DNA of 64,000 nt from the NCBI RefSeq assembly GCF_056746865.1, contig NZ_CM163382.1. The stretch is one strand, 5' to 3'. Positions within the stretch are counted from its first letter, which is position 1; each line of letters begins with the position of its first letter. Of this stretch, positions 39,998 through 51,845 are shown one piece after another. The translations under genes were made by a program, and so were the position numbers. The notes beneath the pieces were generated by a model that did no database searches, was not told the DNA's origin, and worked only from the letters and a program-made list of their open reading frames with translations.

Positions 39998-40882
39998 ATG
40001 AGAACAGGATGTGAACCGACCCGATTTGGTAATGAAGCAAAGACCATCATCCAGGGTGATGCATTAACCGAACTTAAAAAGCTCCCCGCCGAAAGTGTCG
40101 ATCTGATCTTTGCCGACCCACCGTATAACATCGGTAAAAATTTTGATGGTCTGATCGAAGCCTGGAAAGAAGATCTGTTTATCGACTGGCTGTTTGAAGT
40201 GATTGCAGAGTGCCATCGCGTTCTGAAAAAGCAGGGCAGCATGTACATCATGAATAGCACGGAAAACATGCCCTTTATCGATCTCCAGTGCCGCAAGCTT
40301 TTTACCATCAAAAGTCGCATCGTCTGGTCATATGACAGTTCTGGAGTGCAGGCGAAAAAACACTACGGCTCCATGTACGAACCCATCCTGATGATGGTGA
40401 AAGACGCAAAGAACTACACATTCAACGGTGATGCTATTCTGGTAGAAGCCAAAACCGGATCGCAGCGCGCGTTGATCGATTATCGCAAAAACCCTCCACA
40501 GCCTTACAATCATCAAAAAGTACCGGGTAACGTCTGGGATTTTCCGCGCGTGCGTTATTTGATGGATGAATATGAAAACCACCCGACGCAAAAACCGGAA
40601 GCCTTACTGAAACGCATTATTCTCGGCTCTTCCAACCCAGGCGATATCGTTCTCGACCCGTTTGCTGGTAGCTTTACTACCGGTGCCGTAGCCGTCGCCA
40701 GTGGGCGAAAATTCATTGGTATTGAGATCAACAGCGAGTACATCAAAATGGGGCTTCGACGGCTGGATGTCGCGTCGCATTACTCTGCGGAAGAACTGGC
40801 GAAAGTGAAAAAAAGAAAGACCGGCAACCTGTCAAAACGAAGCAGGTTAAGCGAAGTTGACCCCGATCTCATTGCAAAGTAA
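39998..40882 (+). CDS. yhdJ: YhdJ, DNA adenine (N6) methyltransferase
   Basis: 294-aa product MRTGCEPTRFGNEAKTIIQGDALTELKKLPAESVDLIFADPPYNIGKNFDG... with DPPY motif; the track ORF has 2 extra codons. Confidence 0.9.
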   Translation: MRTGCEPTRFGNEAKTIIQGDALTELKKLPAESVDLIFADPPYNIGKNFDGLIEAWKEDLFIDWLFEVIAECHRVLKKQGSMYIMNSTENMPFIDLQCRKLFTIKSRIVWSYDSSGVQAKKHYGSMYEPILMMVKDAKNYTFNGDAILVEAKTGSQRALIDYRKNPPQPYNHQKVPGNVWDFPRVRYLMDEYENHPTQKPEALLKRIILGSSNPGDIVLDPFAGSFTTGAVAVASGRKFIGIEINSEYIKMGLRRLDVASHYSAEELAKVKKRKTGNLSKRSRLSEVDPDLIAK

Positions 40883-40965
40883 AGGAAGTGTAAGCCTGGT
40901 TTTCAGATTATTCATTTCGTGTATATTTCCTGCCAGACTTGGTTAAACATGCACAGGCTCAGGTA

Positions 40966-41145
40966 ATGATTCGCAAGTATTGGTGGCTCGTCGTTTTCGC
41001 TGTCTTCGTTTTTCTGTTTGATACTTTACTGATGCAGTGGATTGAACTGCTCGCAACAGAAACAGACAAATGCCGCAATATGAACTCAGTTAATCCACTA
41101 AAACTGGTTAACTGTGACGAACTGAATTTTCAGGACAGAATGTGA
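40966..41145 (+). CDS. yhdU: YhdU small membrane protein
   Basis: 59-aa product MIRKYWWLVVFAVFVFLFDTLLMQWIELLATE... Confidence 0.8.
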   Translation: MIRKYWWLVVFAVFVFLFDTLLMQWIELLATETDKCRNMNSVNPLKLVNCDELNFQDRM

Positions 41146-41147
41146 AT

Positions 41148-41810
41148 TTATATGACACTTAATTCATTCGTTTTATGAATTAATTTCGTTATGTTTTCAT
41201 CTGGCATGAACATTCTTAATACGTTATCGACCAGTGCGGGTGCTTGTTTATAAAGATCATAACCCGCCATATTCATTAACCAGTTTTGAACAATTCCGCT
41301 GAAGGCACCATCAATAATAATCATCACAACATCTAAATCGAGATTATTTGCTATACAACCTTGTTGCAGACATGCCTGCAATACTTCGCGGAGAGTCTGC
41401 GGATTAAAACCCATCTTTTCGCGTATCACTCCCTCTGCCAGCATCTCATCATTAAATTCACATTTGTGATATAAGATTTTCAGCAACGCCTGCTGGCGGG
41501 GAATTTTGGCAATATATTGCAAGCCAACAATCAATTTTTCACGCAATTGCTGAAACGGGTCATGCTCTAACCCAGCAGTCAAGTGATCCTGGATTAACTC
41601 CCGCAATGAAGGCTGTTGCAACCACATCTCATTAAACAGTTGGGTCTTGTTCTCGAAGTGCCAGTAGATAGCGCCACGCGTAACGTTAGCGGCGTCGGCA
41701 ATGTCGTTGAGCGTCGTCTTGCTTACGCCACGCTGCGCAAACTGGGCGATGGCAGTTTCAATCAGTTCTTGCCGGGTCTTCAGGGCTTCAGCTTTGGTTC
41801 TTTTTGCCAT
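41148..41810 (-). CDS. envR: EnvR (AcrS), TetR-family repressor
   Basis: 220-aa ORF MAKRTKAEALKTRQELIETAIAQFAQRGVSKTTLNDIADAANVTRGAIYWHF...; divergent from acrEF. Confidence 0.93.
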   Translation of the reverse strand: MAKRTKAEALKTRQELIETAIAQFAQRGVSKTTLNDIADAANVTRGAIYWHFENKTQLFNEMWLQQPSLRELIQDHLTAGLEHDPFQQLREKLIVGLQYIAKIPRQQALLKILYHKCEFNDEMLAEGVIREKMGFNPQTLREVLQACLQQGCIANNLDLDVVMIIIDGAFSGIVQNWLMNMAGYDLYKQAPALVDNVLRMFMPDENITKLIHKTNELSVI

Positions 41811-42208
41811 GATTAATTATTCAGGAAATAAATATATTCGACACAGGATGAGAAAATAGCGAAGGTTAATCTATCACCTAATGTATATTTATACGAGAGG
41901 CTAATATTGAGTTGCTATAAATCGTCAAATAAATAACGTTTATTATTTACCTAAAATACATTCACTCTATCAATATATATTTCAATTTACGAGGATTTGA
42001 TTCTACCTCTTTCAACCCGCGTCAAAATAAAACAGTAGAATATTAATCTTTTTTTGTGTTTATGTGCCTTGAGACGCCAGTATTCATAACTATTCCTTAC
42101 ATCGACGAATGATAATTTGTAGGATAGCGAACTGTATTTTTCTTTCTGCGAGTTAACGCGTTGCCTTTTTGGGTAAATAACGCGCTTTTGGTTTTTTGAG
42201 GAATAGTA

Positions 42209-43366
42209 ATGACGAAACATGCCAGGTTTTTCCTCCTGCCCTCCTTTATTCTGATCTCCGCGGCTTTAATCGCCGGTTGTAACGATAAGGGAGAAGAGAA
42301 AGCTCACGTCGGTGAACCGCAGGTTACCGTTCATATTGTGAAAACGGCCCCGTTAGAAGTTAAGACTGAATTACCAGGCCGCACCAATGCTTACCGTATA
42401 GCCGAAGTTCGCCCACAGGTTAGCGGGATCGTACTGAATCGCAATTTCACTGAAGGCAGCGATGTGCAAGCAGGCCAGTCCCTGTACCAGATCGATCCCG
42501 CGACCTATCAGGCAAGTTATGACAGCGCGAAAGGCGAACTGGCGAAAAGTGAAGCCGCCGCCGCCATCGCGCATTTGACGGTAAAACGTTACGTTCCGCT
42601 CGTGGGTACGAAATACATCAGTCAGCAGGAGTACGACCAGGCCATTGCTGATGCTCGCCAGGCCGATGCCGCCGTGATTGCCGCAAAAGCCACGGTCGAA
42701 AGCGCTCGCATCAATCTCGCTTATACCAAAGTGACTGCGCCAATTAGCGGACGTATCGGCAAATCGACCGTGACCGAAGGCGCTCTTGTCACTAATGGGC
42801 AAACGACTGAACTGGCGACTGTCCAGCAGCTCGATCCTATCTACGTTGATGTGACCCAATCCAGCAACGATTTTATGAGGCTGAAGCAATCCGTAGAGCA
42901 AGGAAATTTGCATAAGGAAAACGCCACCAGCAACGTAGAGTTGGTCATGGAAAACGGTCAAACCTATCCCCTGAAAGGTACGCTGCAATTCTCTGATGTG
43001 ACCGTTGATGAAAGCACCGGCTCCATAACCCTACGTGCTGTCTTCCCTAACCCGCAACATACGCTTTTGCCGGGTATGTTTGTGCGTGCACGGATTGATG
43101 AAGGCGTCCAACCTGACGCCATTCTTATCCCGCAACAAGGCGTTAGCCGCACACCGCGTGGTGATGCAACCGTGCTGATTGTTAACGATAAAAGCCAGGT
43201 TGAAGCGCGCCCTGTCGTTGCCAGTCAGGCGATTGGCGATAAATGGTTGATTAGCGAAGGTCTGAAATCTGGCGATCAAGTCATTGTCAGCGGCCTGCAA
43301 AAAGCGCGTCCGGGAGAGCAGGTTAAAGCCACTACCGATACCCCCGCAGATTCTGCATCGAAGTAA
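42209..43366 (+). CDS. acrE: AcrE, RND efflux membrane-fusion lipoprotein
   Basis: 385-aa ORF with lipobox LIAGC. Confidence 0.95.
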   Translation: MTKHARFFLLPSFILISAALIAGCNDKGEEKAHVGEPQVTVHIVKTAPLEVKTELPGRTNAYRIAEVRPQVSGIVLNRNFTEGSDVQAGQSLYQIDPATYQASYDSAKGELAKSEAAAAIAHLTVKRYVPLVGTKYISQQEYDQAIADARQADAAVIAAKATVESARINLAYTKVTAPISGRIGKSTVTEGALVTNGQTTELATVQQLDPIYVDVTQSSNDFMRLKQSVEQGNLHKENATSNVELVMENGQTYPLKGTLQFSDVTVDESTGSITLRAVFPNPQHTLLPGMFVRARIDEGVQPDAILIPQQGVSRTPRGDATVLIVNDKSQVEARPVVASQAIGDKWLISEGLKSGDQVIVSGLQKARPGEQVKATTDTPADSASK

Positions 43367-43377
43367 GGCAATCTGAC

Positions 43378-46300
43378 ATGGCAAACTTTTTTATTCGACG
43401 ACCGATATTTGCATGGGTGCTGGCCATTATTCTGATGATGGCGGGCGCACTGGCGATCCTACAATTGCCCGTCGCCCAATACCCAACCATTGCACCGCCT
43501 GCGGTTTCTGTTTCAGCAAACTATCCGGGCGCTGATGCGCAGACCGTGCAGGATACGGTGACGCAGGTTATCGAACAGAATATGAACGGTATCGATAACC
43601 TGATGTATATGTCCTCCACCAGCGATTCCGCCGGTAGCGTGACAATTACCCTTACCTTCCAGTCCGGGACCGATCCTGATATCGCGCAAGTGCAGGTGCA
43701 GAACAAACTCCAGCTCGCCACGCCGTTGCTGCCGCAGGAAGTACAGCAGCAGGGGATCAGTGTTGAAAAGTCCAGTAGCAGCTATTTGATGGTGGCGGGC
43801 TTTGTCTCTGATAACCCAGACACCACACAGGACGATATCTCGGACTATGTGGCCTCTAACGTTAAAGATACGCTTAGCCGTCTGAATGGCGTCGGTGACG
43901 TACAGCTTTTCGGCGCACAGTATGCGATGCGTATCTGGTTGGACGCCGATCTGCTAAACAAATATAAACTGACGCCTGTTGATGTGATTAACCAGTTGAA
44001 GGTACAGAACGATCAGATCGCTGCCGGACAGTTGGGCGGAACGCCAGCGTTACCAGGGCAACAGTTGAACGCCTCGATTATTGCTCAGACGCGGTTAAAA
44101 AATCCGGAAGAATTCGGCAAAGTGACCTTGCGCGTAAACAGTGACGGCTCGGTGGTACGCCTGAAAGATGTCGCACGGGTTGAACTTGGCGGTGAAAACT
44201 ATAACGTTATCGCTCGCATCAACGGTAAACCGGCGGCGGGCCTGGGGATTAAGCTGGCAACCGGCGCGAATGCTCTCGATACCGCGAAAGCCATTAAGGC
44301 AAAACTGGCGGAATTACAGCCATTCTTCCCGCAGGGAATGAAGGTTCTCTACCCTTATGACACCACGCCATTCGTCCAGCTTTCTATTCACGAAGTGGTA
44401 AAAACGCTGTTCGAAGCTATTATGCTGGTGTTCCTGGTGATGTATCTGTTCTTGCAGAATATGCGAGCAACGCTGATCCCCACCATTGCGGTACCCGTGG
44501 TGTTGTTAGGGACGTTTGCCATCCTCGCCGCTTTTGGTTACTCCATCAACACACTAACGATGTTCGGGATGGTGCTTGCCATCGGGCTGCTCGTCGATGA
44601 TGCGATAGTGGTGGTGGAGAACGTCGAGCGCGTGATGATGGAGGATAAGCTCCCGCCAAAAGAAGCGACGGAAAAATCAATGTCGCAAATCCAGGGCGCA
44701 CTGGTGGGTATCGCAATGGTGCTGTCAGCGGTATTTATTCCGATGGCATTCTTCGGCGGTTCTACTGGGGCAATTTATCGCCAGTTCTCTATCACCATCG
44801 TTTCGGCAATGGCGCTTTCTGTTCTGGTGGCATTGATTCTTACCCCAGCGTTATGTGCAACACTGCTCAAACCCGTCTCTGCTGAGCATCACGAAAATAA
44901 GGGCGGTTTCTTCGGCTGGTTTAATACCACCTTCGATCATAGCGTTAACCACTACACCAACAGCGTCGGCAAAATACTCGGTTCCACAGGACGATATTTA
45001 CTGATCTATGCACTAATTGTTGCTGGAATGGTGGTGTTGTTTTTACGTCTTCCGTCTTCCTTCTTACCTGAAGAGGATCAGGGTGTCTTTCTGACTATGA
45101 TTCAGTTACCCGCTGGCGCGACGCAAGAGCGAACGCAAAAAGTGTTGGATCAAGTGACGGATTACTATCTGAAGAACGAGAAAGCGAACGTAGAAAGTGT
45201 CTTTACGGTTAACGGCTTTAGCTTCAGCGGCCAGGCACAAAACGCCGGTATGGCTTTCGTCAGTCTGAAACCGTGGGAAGAGCGTAGTGGTGACGAAAAC
45301 AGTGCGGAAGCGGTAATCCATCGTGCCAAAATGGAATTGGGCAAGATCCGCGACGGTTTTGTCATTCCATTCAATATGCCAGCCATTGTTGAACTGGGCA
45401 CGGCAACGGGTTTCGACTTTGAGTTAATTGATCAGGCTGGGCTGGGTCATGATGCCCTGACCCAGGCCCGTAACCAGTTGCTTGGCATGGCGGCGCAACA
45501 TCCTGCCAGCTTAGTCAGCGTGCGTCCTAATGGTCTGGAAGACACCGCGCAGTTTAAACTGGAAGTTGACCAGGAAAAGGCGCAGGCATTAGGTGTTTCA
45601 CTTTCTGACATCAATCAGACCATTTCAACGGCGTTAGGTGGGACTTACGTTAACGACTTCATTGACCGTGGTCGCGTGAAAAAGGTGTATGTTCAGGCGG
45701 ATGCCAAATTCCGTATGCTGCCAGAAGATGTCGATAAACTTTATGTCCGCAGCGCCAACGGCGAAATGGTGCCATTCTCGGCCTTTACCACTGCACATTG
45801 GGTGTATGGCTCTCCGCGACTGGAGCGCTACAACGGTCTGCCGTCAATGGAGATTCAGGGGGAAGCCGCGCCAGGAACCAGTTCCGGCGATGCCATGGCG
45901 TTGATGGAAAACCTTGCATCACAATTACCAGCTGGCATTGGTTATGACTGGACGGGTATGTCATATCAGGAACGCTTATCGGGAAACCAGGCTCCCGCTC
46001 TGGTAGCAATTTCCTTTGTGGTTGTTTTCCTGTGCCTTGCTGCACTCTATGAAAGCTGGTCAATTCCTGTCTCGGTTATGTTGGTCGTGCCGTTAGGGAT
46101 TGTCGGCGTGCTACTGGCGGCGACACTCTTTAATCAAAAAAATGACGTCTACTTTATGGTGGGCTTGCTAACGACAATTGGCTTGTCGGCTAAAAACGCT
46201 ATTTTGATTGTTGAGTTCGCTAAAGATCTCATGGAGAAAGAGGGTAAAGGTGTTGTTGAAGCGACACTAATGGCAGTACGTATGCGTCTGCGTCCTATCC

Positions 46301-46482
46301 TGATGACCTCTCTCGCCTTTATTCTCGGCGTATTACCGCTAGCTATCAGTAACGGTGCCGGCAGTGGCGCGCAGAACGCAGTGGGTATCGGAGTAATGGG
46401 CGGGATGGTTTCTGCAACGTTGCTGGCAATCTTCTTCGTGCCGGTGTTCTTTGTGGTGATCCGCCGTTGCTTTAAAGGATAA
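43378..46482 (+). CDS. acrF: AcrF, RND multidrug efflux transporter
   Basis: 1034-aa [44 protein letters not shown]... Confidence 0.95.
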   Translation: MANFFIRRPIFAWVLAIILMMAGALAILQLPVAQYPTIAPPAVSVSANYPGADAQTVQDTVTQVIEQNMNGIDNLMYMSSTSDSAGSVTITLTFQSGTDPDIAQVQVQNKLQLATPLLPQEVQQQGISVEKSSSSYLMVAGFVSDNPDTTQDDISDYVASNVKDTLSRLNGVGDVQLFGAQYAMRIWLDADLLNKYKLTPVDVINQLKVQNDQIAAGQLGGTPALPGQQLNASIIAQTRLKNPEEFGKVTLRVNSDGSVVRLKDVARVELGGENYNVIARINGKPAAGLGIKLATGANALDTAKAIKAKLAELQPFFPQGMKVLYPYDTTPFVQLSIHEVVKTLFEAIMLVFLVMYLFLQNMRATLIPTIAVPVVLLGTFAILAAFGYSINTLTMFGMVLAIGLLVDDAIVVVENVERVMMEDKLPPKEATEKSMSQIQGALVGIAMVLSAVFIPMAFFGGSTGAIYRQFSITIVSAMALSVLVALILTPALCATLLKPVSAEHHENKGGFFGWFNTTFDHSVNHYTNSVGKILGSTGRYLLIYALIVAGMVVLFLRLPSSFLPEEDQGVFLTMIQLPAGATQERTQKVLDQVTDYYLKNEKANVESVFTVNGFSFSGQAQNAGMAFVSLKPWEERSGDENSAEAVIHRAKMELGKIRDGFVIPFNMPAIVELGTATGFDFELIDQAGLGHDALTQARNQLLGMAAQHPASLVSVRPNGLEDTAQFKLEVDQEKAQALGVSLSDINQTISTALGGTYVNDFIDRGRVKKVYVQADAKFRMLPEDVDKLYVRSANGEMVPFSAFTTAHWVYGSPRLERYNGLPSMEIQGEAAPGTSSGDAMALMENLASQLPAGIGYDWTGMSYQERLSGNQAPALVAISFVVVFLCLAALYESWSIPVSVMLVVPLGIVGVLLAATLFNQKNDVYFMVGLLTTIGLSAKNAILIVEFAKDLMEKEGKGVVEATLMAVRMRLRPILMTSLAFILGVLPLAISNGAGSGAQNAVGIGVMGGMVSATLLAIFFVPVFFVVIRRCFKG

Positions 46483-46492
46483 ATCAGAAACA

Positions 46493-46525
46493 TAAAGGCA
46501 CTTTCGGGTGCCTTTATTATTTTCA
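46493..46525 (+). terminator. Intrinsic terminator after acrF
   Basis: AAAGGCACTTTCGGGTGCCTTTATTATTTT. Confidence 0.7.
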
Positions 46526-46734
46526 GTGAAACCCATAAAAATTAATAAGATATTCTTCTTCTCACTCTTTAAAAACTTTCTATAGTTCCCGCTCCCTTCA
46601 CTATTTTTACAATTCACATAATTTGTCATTATTCATTCCGCAAGATTTATAACCTCCGGTGATAAAATGGCATTCAGCTCGTTAATAAGAGAGTTAACTT
46701 ATTAAGCGTTAGCGTTTATTACTGAGGTAACACC

Positions 46735-46956
46735 ATGAAAAGATTAATTCCTGTGGCATTGCTCACCGCATTGCTGGCGGGCTGTGCTCACGATTCGCCC
46801 TGCGTTCCGGTTTATGACGATCAGGGTCGACTGGTTCACACTAATACCTGTATGAAAGGCACGACTCAGGATAACTGGGAAACGGCTGGGGCTATTGCTG
46901 GCGGGGCAGCAGCTGTTGCTGGCCTGACGATGGGGATCATCGCTCTGTCGAAATAA
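46735..46956 (+). CDS. yhdV: YhdV, small lipoprotein
   Basis: 73-aa ORF MKRLIPVALLTALLAGCAHDSP... with lipobox and glycine-zipper tail. Confidence 0.85.
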   Translation: MKRLIPVALLTALLAGCAHDSPCVPVYDDQGRLVHTNTCMKGTTQDNWETAGAIAGGAAAVAGLTMGIIALSK

Positions 46957-47386
46957 CTGCACAGGGCGCGGAGTACCGCACTCTGTTTAACGATACAGTA
47001 TCTCACCATAAGATAAAATATTGCTATATTCTGCTGGCTAATTCCCTGCTGATTTAGCATGTTATATCGCGTTATTTCGCTGCTTTCGAAATAACGCATC
47101 AATTTAATTTTCACACTTCCCACCAGAATTATACTCACGCTAACAATCATTATTCTGCTTAGTAAAAAACGCGTAAATATTTTGCGCCAAAATGTGGCGC
47201 ATGTTTCATTTTCGCACCATTGCGGGGCGCTGTTTTTATTATTTCCTGTCTACACTCAGCTTATTGCGACGCGAAATCGTGCGCAAAAGCTGGCACTACT
47301 TTTGCTTATAAGAGGATGGCCACAGACAGGTAAAAGACGTTTCCCAAACGTCCTATAACGATAATTTTCGCCTCACAGGAAGCATT

Positions 47387-48412
47387 ATGAAAAAGATGAT
47401 GATAGCCACACTGGCTGCCGCCAGCGTGCTGCTTGCCGTTGCAAATCAGGCGCATGCTGGCGCGACGCTTGATGCCGTTCAGAAAAAAGGTTTTGTGCAA
47501 TGCGGGATCAGTGATGGATTACCTGGGTTCTCTTATGCCGATGCTGACGGTAAGTTTTCAGGTATTGATGTAGATGTTTGTCGTGGTGTTGCGGCAGCTG
47601 TATTTGGTGACGACACGAAAGTGAAATATACCCCGCTCACTGCAAAAGAACGCTTCACGGCTTTACAGTCAGGGGAGGTGGATTTGCTCTCCCGTAATAC
47701 GACCTGGACTTCATCTCGCGATGCCGGGATGGGAATGGCATTTACTGGCGTCACTTATTACGACGGCATTGGCTTCCTGACGCACGATAAAGCGGGGCTA
47801 AAAAGCGCGAAAGAACTGGATGGCGCTACTGTCTGTATTCAGGCGGGTACTGATACCGAACTCAATGTTGCCGATTACTTCAAGGCAAACAATATGAAGT
47901 ACACACCAGTGACTTTCGATCGCTCTGACGAATCAGCGAAGGCACTGGAATCTGGTCGCTGTGATACGCTGGCCTCGGATCAATCACAACTGTATGCCCT
48001 GCGCATCAAATTAAGCAACCCGGCTGAATGGATTGTCTTACCGGAAGTTATCTCCAAAGAACCGCTTGGGCCGGTAGTTCGTCGTGGCGATGATGAATGG
48101 TTCTCGATTGTACGCTGGACGCTTTTCGCCATGCTGAATGCTGAAGAGATGGGCATCAATTCCCAGAACGTCGATGAAAAAGCGGCTAATCCAGCAACGC
48201 CTGATATGGCACATTTGCTGGGTAAAGAAGGCGATTACGGCAAGGATCTGAAGTTGGATAATAAATGGGCCTATAACATCATCAAACAGGTGGGTAACTA
48301 CTCGGAAATTTTTGAGCGTAACGTAGGTTCAGAAAGCCCGCTGAAAATTAAACGTGGGCAAAATAATCTCTGGAATAACGGCGGTATTCAGTACGCGCCG
48401 CCCGTGCGTTAA
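47387..48412 (+). CDS. yhdW: YhdW, polar amino-acid ABC transporter periplasmic binding protein
   Basis: 341-aa ORF with signal peptide MKKMMIATLAAASVLLAVANQAHA. Confidence 0.9.
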   Translation: MKKMMIATLAAASVLLAVANQAHAGATLDAVQKKGFVQCGISDGLPGFSYADADGKFSGIDVDVCRGVAAAVFGDDTKVKYTPLTAKERFTALQSGEVDLLSRNTTWTSSRDAGMGMAFTGVTYYDGIGFLTHDKAGLKSAKELDGATVCIQAGTDTELNVADYFKANNMKYTPVTFDRSDESAKALESGRCDTLASDQSQLYALRIKLSNPAEWIVLPEVISKEPLGPVVRRGDDEWFSIVRWTLFAMLNAEEMGINSQNVDEKAANPATPDMAHLLGKEGDYGKDLKLDNKWAYNIIKQVGNYSEIFERNVGSESPLKIKRGQNNLWNNGGIQYAPPVR

Positions 48413-48479
48413 GTCGGTGTGAGGTAACGAGCGTCGCTACGGCGGCGCTCTCTTCAGCGTTATGCTTTCCGAGGTTTCT

Positions 48480-49661
48480 ATGTCTCATCGCCGCTCAACC
48501 GTTAAAGGCTCACTCTCCTTTGCCAACCCTACGGTTCGTGCCTGGTTATTCCAGATCCTTGCCGTTGTTGCTGTTATCGGCATTGTTGGTTGGTTATTTC
48601 ACAACACTGTAACGAATCTCAGTAATCGTGGCATTACTTCAGGTTTTGCCTTTCTGGATCGCGGCGCTGGCTTCGGTATTGTCCAGCATTTGATCGATTA
48701 CCAGCAGGGTGATACCTACGGACGCGTTTTCATTGTTGGCTTACTCAATACGCTACTGGTTTCTGCATTGTGTATTGTATTCGCTTCTGTTCTGGGCTTC
48801 TTTATCGGTCTGGCTCGACTTTCGGATAACTGGCTGCTACGAAAGCTTTCCACAATTTATATTGAGATCTTCCGTAATATTCCGCCGCTGCTGCAAATCT
48901 TCTTCTGGTACTTTGCCGTGTTGCGCAATTTGCCCGGACCACGCCAGGCTGTGAGCGCGTTTGATCTGGCCTTTTTGAGCAATCGTGGGCTTTATATTCC
49001 GTCACCGCAGCTGGGAGACGGATTTATTGCGTTTATCCTGGCTGTTGTTATGGCTATAGTCCTTTCTGTTGGGCTATTCCGCTTTAATAAAACATACCAG
49101 ATAAAGACCGGACAACTGCGCCGCACCTGGCCGATCGCCGCTGTGTTGATCATTGGTTTGCCTTTACTGGCGCAATGGCTTTTTGGCGCAGCACTACACT
49201 GGGATGTCCCAGCCCTACGAGGCTTTAACTTCCGTGGCGGGATGGTTTTAATTCCTGAACTGGCAGCCTTAACGCTGGCGCTTTCGGTTTATACCTCTGC
49301 ATTTATCGCCGAGATTATCCGCGCTGGGATCCAGGCAGTGCCTTATGGTCAACATGAAGCGGCTCGGTCACTGGGATTACCCAATCCGGTTACGCTACGC
49401 CAGGTCATTATTCCCCAGGCACTGCGAGTGATTATTCCGCCGTTAACCAGCCAGTATCTCAACATCGTCAAAAACTCCTCTCTTGCCGCCGCGATTGGCT
49501 ATCCGGATATGGTTTCGCTGTTTGCTGGCACCGTGCTGAACCAGACGGGGCAAGCCATCGAGACGATAGCCATGACCATGTCGGTCTATCTGATTATCAG
49601 CCTGACTATCTCGCTGCTGATGAATATCTATAACCGCCGCATCGCGATCGTTGAACGCTAA
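48480..49661 (+). CDS. yhdX: YhdX, amino-acid ABC transporter permease
   Basis: 393-aa product starting MSHRRSTVKGSLSF...; the track ORF is extended 5'. Confidence 0.9.
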   Translation: MSHRRSTVKGSLSFANPTVRAWLFQILAVVAVIGIVGWLFHNTVTNLSNRGITSGFAFLDRGAGFGIVQHLIDYQQGDTYGRVFIVGLLNTLLVSALCIVFASVLGFFIGLARLSDNWLLRKLSTIYIEIFRNIPPLLQIFFWYFAVLRNLPGPRQAVSAFDLAFLSNRGLYIPSPQLGDGFIAFILAVVMAIVLSVGLFRFNKTYQIKTGQLRRTWPIAAVLIIGLPLLAQWLFGAALHWDVPALRGFNFRGGMVLIPELAALTLALSVYTSAFIAEIIRAGIQAVPYGQHEAARSLGLPNPVTLRQVIIPQALRVIIPPLTSQYLNIVKNSSLAAAIGYPDMVSLFAGTVLNQTGQAIETIAMTMSVYLIISLTISLLMNIYNRRIAIVER

Positions 49662-49670
49662 GGAGTCATG

Positions 49671-50774
49671 ATGACAAAAGTATTGCTGTCTCATCCCCCG
49701 CGCCCGGCGAGCCATAACTCAAGCCGCGCGATGGTGTGGGTGCGAAAAAATCTGTTCTCCAGCTGGAGCAATAGCCTGCTGACTATTGGCTGCATATGGT
49801 TGATGTGGGAACTGATTCCACCGTTGCTGAACTGGGCATTTTTGCAGGCTAACTGGGTTGGCTCAACGCGTACCGACTGCACAAAAGCCGGTGCCTGTTG
49901 GGTCTTCATCCACGAACGATTTGGTCAGTTTATGTATGGGCTTTACCCACACGACCAACGCTGGCGAATTAACCTCGCATTACTGATTGGGCTTGTGTCG
50001 ATCGCACCAATGTTCTGGAAAATACTCCCGAATCGCGGTCGCTATATTGCGGTATGGGCGGTGATTTACCCACTGATTGTCTGGTGGCTGATGTATGGCG
50101 GGTTTCTTGGTCTTGAGCGGGTTGAAACCCGGCAATGGGGCGGGCTGACGCTAACTTTAATTATTGCATCAGTTGGGATTGCGGGGGCGCTGCCGTGGGG
50201 GATCTTACTGGCGTTAGGTCGCCGCTCCCATATGCCGATTGTGCGTATCTTATCGGTCATTTTTATCGAGTTCTGGCGCGGTGTACCGCTGATTACCGTT
50301 CTGTTTATGTCTTCGGTCATGCTGCCGTTGTTTATGGCAGAAGGCACCAGTATCGACAAATTGATCCGCGCGCTGGTTGGCGTGATCCTGTTTCAGTCAG
50401 CATATGTTGCGGAAGTCGTGCGAGGCGGATTACAGGCGCTGCCTAAAGGGCAATATGAAGCGGCAGAGTCGCTGGCGTTGGGTTACTGGAAAACCCAGGG
50501 GCTGGTTATTCTGCCACAGGCGTTGAAGCTGGTGATTCCTGGGCTGGTAAATACCATCATCGCACTCTTCAAAGATACCAGCCTGGTGATCATCATCGGG
50601 TTGTTCGATCTTTTCAGTAGCGTTCAGCAGGCAACCGTTGATCCCGCCTGGTTGGGTATGTCGACGGAAGGGTATGTTTTCGCCGCACTGATCTACTGGA
50701 TCTTCTGTTTCAGCATGTCACGTTATAGCCAACATCTGGAAAAACGTTTTAACACCGGGCGTACACCGCATTGA
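49671..50774 (+). CDS. yhdY: YhdY, amino-acid ABC transporter permease
   Basis: 367-aa product starting [18 protein letters not shown]... Confidence 0.9.
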   Translation: MTKVLLSHPPRPASHNSSRAMVWVRKNLFSSWSNSLLTIGCIWLMWELIPPLLNWAFLQANWVGSTRTDCTKAGACWVFIHERFGQFMYGLYPHDQRWRINLALLIGLVSIAPMFWKILPNRGRYIAVWAVIYPLIVWWLMYGGFLGLERVETRQWGGLTLTLIIASVGIAGALPWGILLALGRRSHMPIVRILSVIFIEFWRGVPLITVLFMSSVMLPLFMAEGTSIDKLIRALVGVILFQSAYVAEVVRGGLQALPKGQYEAAESLALGYWKTQGLVILPQALKLVIPGLVNTIIALFKDTSLVIIIGLFDLFSSVQQATVDPAWLGMSTEGYVFAALIYWIFCFSMSRYSQHLEKRFNTGRTPH

Positions 50775-50781
50775 GGACACT

Positions 50782-51540
50782 ATGAGCCAAATTTTACTGC
50801 AACCTGCTAACGCGATGATTACGCTGGAAAACGTCAATAAATGGTATGGGCAATTCCATGTTTTGAAAAATATAAATTTAACCGTGCAACCGGGAGAACG
50901 GATCGTTCTGTGTGGCCCTTCTGGTTCCGGTAAATCGACAACCATTCGTTGTATTAATCATCTGGAAGAACATCAACAGGGACGGATCGTGGTGGATGGC
51001 ATCGAACTTAATGAAGATATCCGCAATATTGAGCGCGTCAGGCAGGAAGTGGGAATGGTCTTTCAGCATTTCAATCTCTTCCCTCATCTGACCGTTCTAC
51101 AGAACTGTACCCTGGCACCGATTTGGGTACGCAAGATGCCTAAGAAAGAGGCTGAAGATCTGGCGTTGCATTACCTTGAGCGGGTGAGAATTGCCGAACA
51201 TGCCCAGAAGTTTCCCGGACAGATTTCTGGTGGTCAGCAGCAACGCGTTGCCATAGCACGTTCACTTTGTATGAAACCAAAGATCATGCTATTTGATGAA
51301 CCTACGTCAGCGCTCGATCCGGAGATGGTGAAAGAAGTGCTGGATACGATGATTGGGCTGGCGCAGTCGGGTATGACAATGTTGTGTGTAACACATGAGA
51401 TGGGGTTTGCACGAACCGTCGCTGACAGGGTGATTTTTATGGATCGTGGGGAAATAGTGGAGCAAGCTGCACCTGATGAATTTTTTGCGCATCCTAAATC
51501 AGAGCGTACGAGGGCATTTTTATCGCAGGTAATCCATTAA
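50782..51540 (+). CDS. yhdZ: YhdZ, amino-acid ABC transporter ATP-binding protein
   Basis: 252-aa ORF with Walker [10 protein letters not shown] and ABC signature ISGGQQQR. Confidence 0.93.
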   Translation: MSQILLQPANAMITLENVNKWYGQFHVLKNINLTVQPGERIVLCGPSGSGKSTTIRCINHLEEHQQGRIVVDGIELNEDIRNIERVRQEVGMVFQHFNLFPHLTVLQNCTLAPIWVRKMPKKEAEDLALHYLERVRIAEHAQKFPGQISGGQQQRVAIARSLCMKPKIMLFDEPTSALDPEMVKEVLDTMIGLAQSGMTMLCVTHEMGFARTVADRVIFMDRGEIVEQAAPDEFFAHPKSERTRAFLSQVIH

Positions 51541-51561
51541 TTGAATGTTAGTTCGAAAAGC

Positions 51562-51589
51562 AAAAAGGCCATCCTTTCGGATGGCCTTT
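51562..51589. terminator. Bidirectional intrinsic terminator between yhdZ and the 3' end of the rrnD operon
   Basis: AAAAAGGCCATCCTTTCGGATGGCCTTT. Confidence 0.75.
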
Positions 51590-51600
51590 CGCTTGATTTG

Positions 51601-51720
51601 ATGTCTGGCAGTTCCCTACTCTCGCATGGGGAGACCCCACACTACCATCGGCGCTACGGCGTTTCACTTCTGAGTTCGGCATGGGGTCAGGTGGGACCAC
51701 CGCGCTACTGCCGCCAGACA
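51601..51720 (-). rRNA. rrfF: 5S rRNA, distal copy of rrnD
   Basis: 120-nt match to E. coli 5S rRNA on the minus strand; 5' end reads UGUCUGGCGGCAGUAGCGCGG. Confidence 0.95.
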
Positions 51721-51757
51721 AATTCTTTTCTAATCTGCCGAACTTTAACCTAAAAAG

Positions 51758-51833
51758 TGGTGCTGATACCCAGAGTCGAACTGGGGACCTCACCCTTACC
51801 AAGGGTGCGCTCTACCAACTGAGCCATATCAGC
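51758..51833 (-). tRNA. thrV: tRNA-Thr
   Basis: Reverse complement reads GCTGATATGGCTCAGTTGGTAGAGCGCACCCTTGGTAAGGGTGAGGTCCCCAGTTCGACTCTGGGTATCAGCACCA. Confidence 0.95.
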
Positions 51834-51845
51834 ACGCTAAATTTG

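Noticed and set aside
42371-42988. 205-aa ORF antisense to acrE
   Set aside because: Embedded antisense frame with no start context.
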